Shown here: positions 27,534-36,301 of the stretch, one piece after another | Position numbering within the stretch: position 1 is the stretch's first letter | How the letters are laid out: every line of letters begins with the position of its first letter | Notes under the pieces: generated by a model | The model's input: only the letters and a program-made list of their open reading frames with translations | What the model was told of the DNA's origin: nothing | Databases searched by the model: none | Translations under genes and position numbers: made by a program | Assembly (NCBI GenBank): GCA_964636555.1 | Contig: CAZWRZ010000013.1 | Location: 116 to 64,115 of the forward strand | Reading direction: 5' to 3' | From: an uncultured Ruminiclostridium sp. | GTDB taxonomy: Bacteria > Bacillota > Clostridia > Oscillospirales > Ruminococcaceae | Length of the DNA: 64,000 bases

Positions 27534-27677
27534 TATACCGTTACCGCCTTTATGTGTATATCTATATTCTAACATTTTTAAGGCGCAATGTCAAATAAAA
27601 AAGCCGCCGTAAAAAAGGAAAAAACATCCTTTTGCGGCAGCTTGGTTTTATATGAATGATATGGCGGAAAACTTGGT

Positions 27678-28025
27678 TTATTTTACCTCGTCATGCACAG
27701 TCCTGTTTTCGATAATAGCGGAGCGCAGTACGCGGAGACGTGTTCTGTCGCTGCCTGTTTCAATAAGAACGGTATCCTCCTTAACGGAAAGCACGCGTCC
27801 GATAATTCCGCCGGAGGTAACTACCTCGTCGGCAACCTGAAGATTGTCCAGCATTTCCTTCATTTTCTTGGAACGCTTTTTCTCGGGGCGGATAAGTAAA
27901 AAGTAGAAGATAACGATCATCAGAACGATAGGCAGCACAGTGGTAAGCAAGGTTACTGCCATGCCGGGTTCTGCTGCGGTTGAATTGTCGGTGGTATTGA
28001 CCAAAAGGCTGTAAAGCTGACTCAT
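27678..28025 (-). CDS. yajC: Preprotein translocase subunit YajC
   Basis: FYFLLIRPEKKR, LQVADEVVTSGGIIGRV. Confidence 0.92.
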   Translation of the reverse strand: MSQLYSLLVNTTDNSTAAEPGMAVTLLTTVLPIVLMIVIFYFLLIRPEKKRSKKMKEMLDNLQVADEVVTSGGIIGRVLSVKEDTVLIETGSDRTRLRVLRSAIIENRTVHDEVK

Positions 28026-28214
28026 ATTTTGTTTCCTTTCTTTTTGCGAATTTCTTTTCTTTTTTAACTGTAATGTACTGCGGATTATACTTATGGATTT
28101 TTAAAAATTTTTGTCCGCTGTAACTATTATACAGTTTAAACCGATAAAATGCAAGTAAAATTTGTGCTTTATTTTAAAATAGTGTGTGAAAACCGTTTTT
28201 GTATTTTATTTCTC

Positions 28215-28243
28215 TTGACTTATAGATAAAAATAAAGTACAAT
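28215..28243 (+). promoter_or_regulatory. Probable sigma-A promoter for rpe
   Basis: TTGACT-17-TACAAT. Confidence 0.6.
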
Positions 28244-28290
28244 ATAAAAAGGAATGTAATACTAATTCTCAATAAAAATAAGACAAATCC

Positions 28291-28386
28291 GGCGGGCAGG
28301 GCGTTTCTGATCAAGGAAGTCCCGACGCAGGAATATGCGGATATTTCAAGTCGGGCTGACGCAGAGCAGGGACGCCCCGGTCGCCC
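28291..28386. repeat. Short palindromic element related to family 2
   Basis: GGGCGTTTCTG/CAGGGACGCCC arms; GCAGGAATA-N6-TATTTCAAG is the reverse complement of the family 2 core motif. Confidence 0.6.
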
Positions 28387-28426
28387 AATTTGGCTGATTT
28401 TTATTGAAATTTAGTATAAATAAAGA

Positions 28427-28661
28427 CTTCACTCTCTAAAAGCGGGCTCCTAATCGCACAACCGTCTTGATAGCACGAATTTCAAAAATTGTTCGAGGTT
28501 AGAGTTTTTGCCCGGCTTTTCAAGCAAAAGCTCTAACCTCGGACGGATAGTAAACTTATTTTTTATAATTTCCCATCTTTTCGTACTAATCCCACAGTTT
28601 AAAAGAAATTAGTACAGGGAATCTATAAAAATAAGTTTACGGTTTTGAAATTCTTTTCAAT
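28427..28661 (-). repeat. Modular intergenic element, family 1 copy D (truncated at the rpe RBS)
   Basis: TGATAGCACGAATTTCAAAAA...TTTTGAAATTCTTTT with copy-C-type nested hairpin; abuts AAGGAG at 28662. Confidence 0.9.
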
Positions 28662-28676
28662 AAGGAGTTGATAAGC

Positions 28677-29315
28677 TTGAATATTAAAGTCAGCGCATCT
28701 ATTTTGAACTCGGATTTGTCCGCTATCGGTGCGGAAGCCGCAAGAGCCGATGCCGCAGGTGCGGATTGGATACATTTTGACGTTATGGACGGGCATTTTG
28801 TGGAAAACATAAGCTACGGCGCTCCCGTTCAGAAAACTCTGAGCAAAAGATACTTTATCGATACTCATCTTATGGTGACCCACCCTCACACGCAAATCGG
28901 TCTTTTTGCCGAAAGCGGTTCAAATATGATAACTTTCCACATCGAAAGTGAAAGCGACGCAGATCATACCATAAACAAGATCCACCGCGCAGGACTTATG
29001 GCGGGACTTGCCGTAAAGCCTGCCACTCCTGTGGAAAGCGTATTTCCTTACCTGGAAAAAATCGAGATGATATTGATCATGACCGTTGAGCCGGGCTCCG
29101 GCGGACAGGAATTTTTAAGCTACACCTTGCCAAAGATAAAAGAAGTAAGAAAAAAAGCTGATGAGGTGAACCCAAGCCTGATGATAGAGGTTGACGGCGG
29201 AATAACGGACGAAACCGCTCCTCTTGTAAAAAAGGCGGGGGCTGACGTTCTGGTGTGCGGAAGCTATCTTTTTAAAGCCAAGGACATGTACAGAGCTTTA
29301 CATGCATTAAAATAA
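28677..29315 (+). CDS. rpe: Ribulose-phosphate 3-epimerase
   Basis: SASIL, HFDVMDGHFV, DTHLMV, MTVEPG, IEVDGGI; TTG 28677 fits the SD spacing better than 28668. Confidence 0.95.
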   Translation: MNIKVSASILNSDLSAIGAEAARADAAGADWIHFDVMDGHFVENISYGAPVQKTLSKRYFIDTHLMVTHPHTQIGLFAESGSNMITFHIESESDADHTINKIHRAGLMAGLAVKPATPVESVFPYLEKIEMILIMTVEPGSGGQEFLSYTLPKIKEVRKKADEVNPSLMIEVDGGITDETAPLVKKAGADVLVCGSYLFKAKDMYRALHALK

Positions 29316-29340
29316 TATTCATAAACATCATTTTTAAAAG

Positions 29341-30006
29341 TCAGAAAAATCTCAGACAAAGCTCTGCGGCATTTTCTCCCACAAGCTCCCCGAAATGCTC
29401 CTGAGTGTAGGCGGCAATAAGCTCGCTGCTTGTGACGGTGCCGTATTCCCTTAATATTCTTGTAAGCCTGCCCGAGCAGGTGTTGAGCGGGGTCAGAGCC
29501 AAGCGGTAGCAGATATGGTTTGAAAAAAGCTTTGAGCTGAATTTCATTCCCGATTTCCGTTCCGTTTCAAGACGTCGGCACAGCTTTCCCAGCTGTTCTC
29601 CCGAATCGGTTTCAAAAATTATGGGCGATGCCTCGGCTTGTCTGTCCAACAGCTGTGAGTCTTGACCGGAGGAATGTCCTTTGTTTGCGGTCTGCGTGCT
29701 TTCCTGTGCGCTTTCGGCTCTTGGCTTTCTTTTGGGTCTGCCGCGGTTTAAGGCGCTCAGATATACCATACAGCCTCCGTTTGCGGAGGGGAACGCCTCC
29801 ACCAAAAGCCTGCTTTCCTCCTCCAACAGTTCTGCCGCCATGGCTGCGGTTTTGGGTGAGGCGCCCTTTTCGATAAGCCGTTCCAGAACCTTGCGGCAGT
29901 CGGTGTTTTGTTTCGACAGGGCTTCATAGCAAACTCGGCTTTCCTTCATATCTTCTTCGGTCAGGGTAAGCTTTAAGGTGGTTTCGGAGAGAATGTCTAT
30001 CTTCAT
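29341..30006 (-). CDS. mecA: MecA-like ClpC adaptor protein
   Basis: MKIDILSETTLKLTLTEEDM N-terminus, LLVEAFP...GGCMVYLS, EYG...AYTQEH C-terminus. Confidence 0.65.
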   Translation of the reverse strand: MKIDILSETTLKLTLTEEDMKESRVCYEALSKQNTDCRKVLERLIEKGASPKTAAMAAELLEEESRLLVEAFPSANGGCMVYLSALNRGRPKRKPRAESAQESTQTANKGHSSGQDSQLLDRQAEASPIIFETDSGEQLGKLCRRLETERKSGMKFSSKLFSNHICYRLALTPLNTCSGRLTRILREYGTVTSSELIAAYTQEHFGELVGENAAELCLRFF

Positions 30007-30132
30007 ACAATTTCCTTTCTGATTTTTTGATAAATTTTCGGTATTTTCTTATGATAATTGATAATTATGATATTTCCGCAGAATTTGCGTTAACTTTTAT
30101 TTTGATTTTTTCTGATATTTTAAAGAGGTAAT

Positions 30133-31377
30133 ATGTCAAGTTATAACAATCACTCCCTTTCCCTGACTGACAGCAGGCTCGAGGAAGGGGCGGAGGAACC
30201 TTCTCTTAAGGCAAAAAGGAGCTTTTTGGGAAGAAAATATCACTCGGTTTACGGCGACCAGCTGGTGTGCCTTTGCGCTCTGCTTATTATGTCGGTGTGG
30301 CGCTGGGGCTTAAGGGCGCTGGTTATATGTCTTGTAAGCCTTGTTACGTCGGTGTTTGCCGATTGGCTCTGCTGTAAAATGACCAAAAAGGTCTACAACC
30401 CCAAGGACGCTTCAACCTTTGTCAGCGGCTTGTGCCTTGGTCTTTTGATGCCTGCCGCCATAGCTTACCGCTATGTAGTATTCGGGTCGGCTTTGGCTAT
30501 GGGCGTTAAGCATATTTTCGGCGGAAAGAACAACTACGTTTTCAACCCCGCTTGCTTAAGCTACGCCTTTCTGGCTATCTGCTGGCCTTCTCATGTGCTT
30601 ATGTTCCCCAATGCGGGAGAGCAGATCCCGGTGTTTGAAGCATACAGCGGCACTCTTTCCACAGGACTTGAGGGCTATCTTATACAGCTGGGCGCGGCAA
30701 AGACAATATCACTGTCCGATCTGCTGTTAGGCAACTTCTTGGGACCGATCGGAACAACTCATGTGCTTGTTCTGGCGGTGTGCGGAATTTGCCTTATGTG
30801 CAGACGCGCATTGTCGCCCACTGTTACTTTTGTGTCCTTCGGAGTGTTTTTGGCGCTGTCCTTCCTGTCCTCCTCCTACGAAAATTTCTACAATGCTATA
30901 ATTATTGAGATAATAGGCGGAAATATTCTTTTCGGACTGCTCTTTCTTGCCAGTGATCCTCAGACCTCGCCCCAAACCTTTCTCGGTAAGATATATTACG
31001 GAATGATAATAGGTATTCTGCTGGTTATATTCAGAATTATGACAAAAACCGAGTCCAGCTTTGTTTATGTGCTGCTTATCGCCAATGCGGTATCGCTGCA
31101 TATTGACCTTTTTGCCGAAAATACAATCAAAGGGGTCAAATTTGCGGTCAAGTGGATGAAGAATTCCTCGGGCAGCTTTGAAAGAGTGCGCAATGAGGCG
31201 CAGCAGGACAAGCCTGTTACCAAAAAAGCCTTAGGAGATACTCAGGAAATTATTTTACCTCCCGTAAACTATAATATGCCCGCGGTGGACAACAAGATCA
31301 TAAAAGCCTCAAAAAAGCCGCCGAAAATTGTCAAGGGCAAGGATAATATACCTGTAAGAAAAGATAACAAAAAGTAA
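30133..31377 (+). CDS. RnfD/NqrB-like membrane protein lacking the FMN motif
   Basis: GLLMP, KHIFGGKNNYVFNPA, LLGNFLGPIGTT, GGNILFGLLFLASDPQTSP, GKIYYG, VLLIAN; the SGAT/TGAT position reads YSGTL. Confidence 0.88.
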   Translation: MSSYNNHSLSLTDSRLEEGAEEPSLKAKRSFLGRKYHSVYGDQLVCLCALLIMSVWRWGLRALVICLVSLVTSVFADWLCCKMTKKVYNPKDASTFVSGLCLGLLMPAAIAYRYVVFGSALAMGVKHIFGGKNNYVFNPACLSYAFLAICWPSHVLMFPNAGEQIPVFEAYSGTLSTGLEGYLIQLGAAKTISLSDLLLGNFLGPIGTTHVLVLAVCGICLMCRRALSPTVTFVSFGVFLALSFLSSSYENFYNAIIIEIIGGNILFGLLFLASDPQTSPQTFLGKIYYGMIIGILLVIFRIMTKTESSFVYVLLIANAVSLHIDLFAENTIKGVKFAVKWMKNSSGSFERVRNEAQQDKPVTKKALGDTQEIILPPVNYNMPAVDNKIIKASKKPPKIVKGKDNIPVRKDNKK

Positions 31378-31433
31378 TCGGATAAGAGCAATCAAAATCA
31401 ATTCAAAGAAATTGTAAAATCAGAGGAAAAAAG

Positions 31434-32051
31434 ATGTCAAAATCACCTGTCAAATTAAGGGACGGAATTATAAAACAGAATATTGTGCTGATGAGCGGAC
31501 TTTTTGCAGGTCCCGTTATCGGCGCGGCTGCCACTTGGGAAAGCTCTCTCGCTCTGTGCTTTGTTTTTTCCTTGGTGACAATTCTGTCGGTGGGACTGTG
31601 CCGTTTGCTGCCCAAGAAAATCACCTTTGCGGTAAGAATAGTTCTTTACGCTCTTGTCTCAACTGTCGTTTACATTCCCGTTATGTTTCTTGCGGGGCTT
31701 ATCTTCCCAAGTGAGCTTCTGGACAGCATAGCCCTTTATTGTATTTTATCCGTCACCAACCCGCTTATTATGTCAAAGACCGAAAGCCGATTTTTCCTTC
31801 GTCCTCCCCTTATGATGTATAAGGACGTTTTGGGCTTTGTGCTGGGCTTTGATCTGTCCTGTATCCTGATAGGCTCAATAAGAGATATTTTTACCGATCA
31901 GATGATAGCAAACACTATTATAAGAATTCCGCTGCAGCTGCCTGCAATGGACAAAATGTACTGCGGATTTATTTTAGTGGGCATTCTGGCCGGGCTTTCC
32001 CGTTTTATCTACACCAAAATCAATAAAAAAAGACATAATAAAGCAAATTGA
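31434..32051 (+). CDS. RnfE-like membrane protein, Fe-S cysteines absent
   Basis: GIIKQN...LFAGP (usually LGLCP), VTNPLIMSKTE (usually VNCIILGRAE), GSIRDIF. Confidence 0.82.
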   Translation: MSKSPVKLRDGIIKQNIVLMSGLFAGPVIGAAATWESSLALCFVFSLVTILSVGLCRLLPKKITFAVRIVLYALVSTVVYIPVMFLAGLIFPSELLDSIALYCILSVTNPLIMSKTESRFFLRPPLMMYKDVLGFVLGFDLSCILIGSIRDIFTDQMIANTIIRIPLQLPAMDKMYCGFILVGILAGLSRFIYTKINKKRHNKAN

Positions 32052-32082
32052 CTTGTACAATAATTATATAAGGATATAATAA

Positions 32083-32667
32083 ATGGAAACAGTTTTTTCA
32101 AGACTTCTCACCGCCGCATTATTGGGTATATTCATAGAAAACGCCGCCTTTGAGCGCGCCCTTGGCATAAACGTACTGCTGTATGCCGCGCGGAAAAAGG
32201 AAAACCTTTTAGGCATCTTTGTTGGTGTAATTTACGTTACCACTCTTTCCTCGGCTTTTACTTGCCTTATCGACAGATATCTGTCGGATTGGGCATACTA
32301 TAGTATGCTTTTGCCTTTTATGTATATTTTCGTAATCGGCGCAGTATACCTTGCAACCCTTTTGGCACTGTGGAAATTTTTTCCCTCGGTTTTCAAAAAG
32401 GTAAAAAAATATGTTCACGTTTCGGTATTCAACAGCGCGGTTTTAGGCGCTTTGTTTATACAAAGCCAGATTGGCGGTACCTTTGCCAGCTATATAGGCT
32501 ACGGTTTCGGTACCGGCATAGGCTTTTTATTGGCAGGCTATCTTCTTTATGCCGCAGAGGACAGACTGAATTCTCCCTCCGTTCCTGCGTCTTTCAGAGG
32601 TATGCCCATTACTATGATCTATATCGGGGTTATCTCCTTGGCGTTAAGCGCTTTCTGGGGAAAATAA
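32083..32667 (+). CDS. RnfA-like membrane protein, Fe-S cysteines absent
   Basis: EN...LGINVLL (usually LGICPFL), FNSAVLG (usually TNCAVLG), VPASFRGMPITMI. Confidence 0.85.
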   Translation: METVFSRLLTAALLGIFIENAAFERALGINVLLYAARKKENLLGIFVGVIYVTTLSSAFTCLIDRYLSDWAYYSMLLPFMYIFVIGAVYLATLLALWKFFPSVFKKVKKYVHVSVFNSAVLGALFIQSQIGGTFASYIGYGFGTGIGFLLAGYLLYAAEDRLNSPSVPASFRGMPITMIYIGVISLALSAFWGK

Positions 32668-32753
32668 CCGTTTATTTATATGCACATTGGGCTTCATTAT
32701 TTTCCGATGAAGGTTCTTTCGGTGTGTTTTGTTCATAAAAGAGGTTTATAAAT

Positions 32754-33956
32754 ATGAATAATAAGAAAAACATTAAGATAAAACGCAGCAAGGGCAGACT
32801 GTACAAGAAAAGACGTACCCCTGCCAAAACCGCCATAGAAACCATTGTTTTCGTACTGCTGGCAGGAGGGCTCATATATGTGGGCTACACGGCGGCAGGA
32901 CCGCTGATAAACTATATACAGAGCGGGGGCAGCTCGGGCACCGTAACAAGCTGGACTCCCGACGAAAGCAGTCTTAACGGCAGCCAAGGGGGAAATTCCG
33001 AAGATCCGGGAGCGGTCACATCGGAGATCACCACACAGTCCCAAGAGGCAAGCAGCATAGGCACCTATTTGCTTTCCCAAAATGCCCTTAAGAGCAAGGA
33101 CGCACTGAACAGCGCTCTTGATTCCGCAAAAAACTCGGGCTTCGGCATAGTTCTGATACCCTTGAAGGACGATTCGGGTACAATATTGTATAAATCACAG
33201 ATAGATTATATCACCAATATCAAGGAGCTGGTAACGGGCACTCTGTCCGCCAAGGACATTGCCGATTCGGTGAAGGCTAAGGGGCTTGTTCCCAAGGCGG
33301 TCATTCCCACACTGCTTGACAAAACCTCGCCCGATTATGTCAGCGATACAGGCTATTATTTTGCGGACAGCCCAGATATAAGCTGGTACGACAAGGCTCC
33401 CGACAACGGCGGAAAGCGGTGGGTAGACCCATACCGCGCAGGCTCGAAGAAATACTATTCCGATATTGTCAAGGAGCTGAAAACAGCGGGCTTTGAGGAA
33501 ATAGCCTTATCCGAGCTGAGATATCCCGATCTGCACGACAGCGATGAACCCCGTTTGGGCAGCAATTTCTTTACCGCTGACAGATACAAGGGACTTTCCG
33601 AATTATATCAAGGCTGTTATACCGCTTCGGACAAAAAGGCGGCGGTTTCGGTGAATATCAAGGACGTTCTGGACGGCAAGGGACAAAGCTTTTCCAAAAC
33701 TGCCGAAATATTGGCTGACAAGAGCTTTTCGGGCAAGGTTTTCTTGACGGTTAATCTTGCGGATTTCGGAGAAACGCTGGAGCTGGCGCAGGGAAATCCT
33801 CTCACTCTTCCCAAGGACGCGGCGGAAAAGGCTGAGGCGCTTATAGGAAAGGCAAGCGAGTATATCGGAACCAATGTTACCGTTGTTCCCGTTATCAACG
33901 GGGCAGGTATGAGTATGGAGGATCTGGTTAAGTGCTATAAGGAGATTACGCCTTAA
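32754..33956 (+). CDS. Membrane-anchored putative glycoside-hydrolase-like (DUF4015-like) protein
   Basis: Basic N-terminus, one TM helix, S/T linker; LIPLKDDSG, RWVDPY, GFEEIALSELRYP. Confidence 0.7.
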   Translation: MNNKKNIKIKRSKGRLYKKRRTPAKTAIETIVFVLLAGGLIYVGYTAAGPLINYIQSGGSSGTVTSWTPDESSLNGSQGGNSEDPGAVTSEITTQSQEASSIGTYLLSQNALKSKDALNSALDSAKNSGFGIVLIPLKDDSGTILYKSQIDYITNIKELVTGTLSAKDIADSVKAKGLVPKAVIPTLLDKTSPDYVSDTGYYFADSPDISWYDKAPDNGGKRWVDPYRAGSKKYYSDIVKELKTAGFEEIALSELRYPDLHDSDEPRLGSNFFTADRYKGLSELYQGCYTASDKKAAVSVNIKDVLDGKGQSFSKTAEILADKSFSGKVFLTVNLADFGETLELAQGNPLTLPKDAAEKAEALIGKASEYIGTNVTVVPVINGAGMSMEDLVKCYKEITP

Positions 33957-33992
33957 AGATTTATAAACCTCGTTTTAAAAAGCAGGAGAGAA

Positions 33993-34355
33993 ATGAAAGA
34001 AATAAACAGACACAGGCTTATCAGTGCCTTTTTCGGAGCATTTTACGGCATATTCGGCGCGCTTGGTTTTTTCTGCCTTGGAAATTTGTACATTATGGCA
34101 GTATTTCATGAAAGCCGCAGATATCCGAATCTTTATCCTTTCTGCCTCGCGTTCGGAATGATATCTTTTGTCTTATGCGTTGTAGCGTTATGCGGAAATG
34201 TTTATTATAGCTGTAATAGAAAATGTGTAAATAATGAAGGAAAAAAGATCGGGTCAATGTCAGGAATTGCTGTTGAGATCGCTGCCGCAATTTTGTTTTT
34301 TGTTATTGGCTGTATGGCTATAGATATGGTTTACAGTGCTGTTGCACAAGGATAA
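33993..34355 (+). CDS. Hypothetical three-TM membrane protein
   Basis: 120-aa ORF with AGGAG SD and three hydrophobic segments. Confidence 0.7.
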   Translation: MKEINRHRLISAFFGAFYGIFGALGFFCLGNLYIMAVFHESRRYPNLYPFCLAFGMISFVLCVVALCGNVYYSCNRKCVNNEGKKIGSMSGIAVEIAAAILFFVIGCMAIDMVYSAVAQG

Positions 34356-34398
34356 AAAACCATTGCTGCTTGCAGCGGTAAACCGATAAAAATAAAAA

Positions 34399-34780
34399 GG
34401 GGCTGTAAAAATCAGCCTCTAATTTTTTTACAAGATTTTAAAAGAAATGTAAAAATCAACACAACGCCCCATAAAAGCGGTGAAAAATTATCACTTGTTT
34501 CCTTAAAGGCGGGTTACCATTCTCACAACTTTTCTGATAGCACGAATTTCAAAAATCGACTGAGTTTGGAGTTTTTGCCCAGCTTTTCAAGCAAAAAATC
34601 CAAACTCGGTCGGATAGTAAAGATTTTAAAATTTCCCAGTTTTTAAAGAAATTTTAAAATGTTTACGGTTTTGAAATTATTTTTAAATCAGCAAATTACC
34701 GCTAACTTCTCTGAGAGAACCATAAAATCAGCACAAGTTTTTTAGAACATAAATAAAGGGACTGCCTTTTTGACAGTCCC
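34399..34780 (-). repeat. Modular intergenic element, family 1 copy E
   Basis: Near reverse-complement copy of the A core (34534-34691); GGGGCTGT-type palindromes at both ends. Confidence 0.93.
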
Positions 34781-34803
34781 TTTGTATTTATATGAGATTA
34801 TAT

Positions 34804-36162
34804 TTAATGATTCTCAGTAAGCACAATATCAAAAGTATGCTCCTCATAAGAGGTTTGAGAGAAGTAACCGCCGGTGACCTTCACGGGACGTACCACCTTT
34901 ACGGTGATCTTATCTCCCGCCTTCATACCCTTGGTTATTTCCTGCACGTCCTCAACAGCCGTTACAGCTTCGCCGTTTACTTCAACGATAATGTCGTTGA
35001 CTTTAAGCTCACTCTGCGCAACGGGAGCGCTCTGATCGATCTCAACCACAAGCAGTCCTGCCGCCGCGCCGCTGTACTGACTTACCTGCTGAGTGGTAAT
35101 GCCCAGAACAGGTCTGCCCTTTACAAAGCCGTAGTTTATCAGATCGCTGATAATAGGCTTGGCTTCGTTAATGGTAATTGCAAAGCCCAAGTTTTCGATA
35201 CTGCTGTCGGAAGCAACTATCTTGGAGTTTACTATTCCGATCACATTGCCGTACATATCGAACAATCCGCCGCCCGAGTTGCCGGGGTTGATAGCCGCAT
35301 CAGTCTGAATGGAGCTTAAAACATAGCCCTTTTCGGAGGTGTAGCGGTTAAGTCCCGAAATATATCCGCCTGTAAGGGTCTTGGAAAGTCCTGCGGGGTT
35401 GCCGATTGCGCATACCTGCTGACCGATGTTGAGCTGGTCGCTGTTGCCCAGAGGAACTGCGGTGTAAGGATTGCTTCTGGAAATTTTGAGCACCGCAAGG
35501 TCGGTTGCCTGATCCTTGCCTATCAAAACCGCTTCGACCTCTTCGTCCTTGCTGTATTTATCCTCAACGGTAACGGTAAGCTTTGCAGCACCTCTTACAA
35601 CGTGCTCGTTGGTAACGATATAGCCGTCGGTGGTGAAGATAACTCCGCTTCCCACGCCGCTTTTGGTGTATTCGCCGTCGGTGTTGTACTCGCTCTTAAC
35701 ATAATTGGAAACAATTACGATGCTCTCGTTGACCGCCTTGTAAAGCTCCTCATAGTCATACTTTGTGGTGGTGTTCATTGCCGCCATATTGGATAAGCCC
35801 GAAAGGTCGTTGTTTACGGGATTTTCGGGAGCAACGTGGGGAGGCTGGGTGACTTCTTCCCTTTGGGTCTCCTCGGGCTGCTTCTGATCGTCGCCGCCGT
35901 TGTTGGGCATATCGTCGTCAACAACAGTGTTGTTCATTCTGCCGGCAAGGTAGGAGCCGCCGAAACCGCTTGCTCCGCCCACAACCATTGCTCCTAACAG
36001 CAGGAAGGTGATCAAAGCTCCGCTTACCTTTTTCTTTTTGGGAGGTTTATTGTTGTTGTCGGGCTGTCCGTTGTAATCGCCGTAGGGGTTTCCGTACTGA
36101 TTGTTTACGGCGTTGGGGTCGGTGGTGTAGTATTGCTGAGGGTAGTTATTATTGTCATACAT
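34804..36162 (-). CDS. htrA: HtrA/DegP-like serine protease with PDZ domain
   Basis: TM anchor, TNEHVV, DLAVLKI, TDAAINPGNSGG triad, C-terminal PDZ. Confidence 0.93.
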   Translation of the reverse strand: MYDNNNYPQQYYTTDPNAVNNQYGNPYGDYNGQPDNNNKPPKKKKVSGALITFLLLGAMVVGGASGFGGSYLAGRMNNTVVDDDMPNNGGDDQKQPEETQREEVTQPPHVAPENPVNNDLSGLSNMAAMNTTTKYDYEELYKAVNESIVIVSNYVKSEYNTDGEYTKSGVGSGVIFTTDGYIVTNEHVVRGAAKLTVTVEDKYSKDEEVEAVLIGKDQATDLAVLKISRSNPYTAVPLGNSDQLNIGQQVCAIGNPAGLSKTLTGGYISGLNRYTSEKGYVLSSIQTDAAINPGNSGGGLFDMYGNVIGIVNSKIVASDSSIENLGFAITINEAKPIISDLINYGFVKGRPVLGITTQQVSQYSGAAAGLLVVEIDQSAPVAQSELKVNDIIVEVNGEAVTAVEDVQEITKGMKAGDKITVKVVRPVKVTGGYFSQTSYEEHTFDIVLTENH

Positions 36163-36301
36163 AAGGATTGCTTCCTTTCCGTAAGAAATTATGTTTTTTG
36201 CTCTCTATGCTTAGATTATAATTTCCCTTTGTGAAAAAAATGTGTCCGAAAATTTATGTTATAAAGAAAAACAAAAGACAAATTTAAAAAAATGCTGATA
36301 A

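Noticed and set aside
34534-34550. CUGAUAG...GAA as a hammerhead ribozyme core
   Set aside because: Lacks CUGANGA, a stem II followed by GAAA, and a placed UH site.
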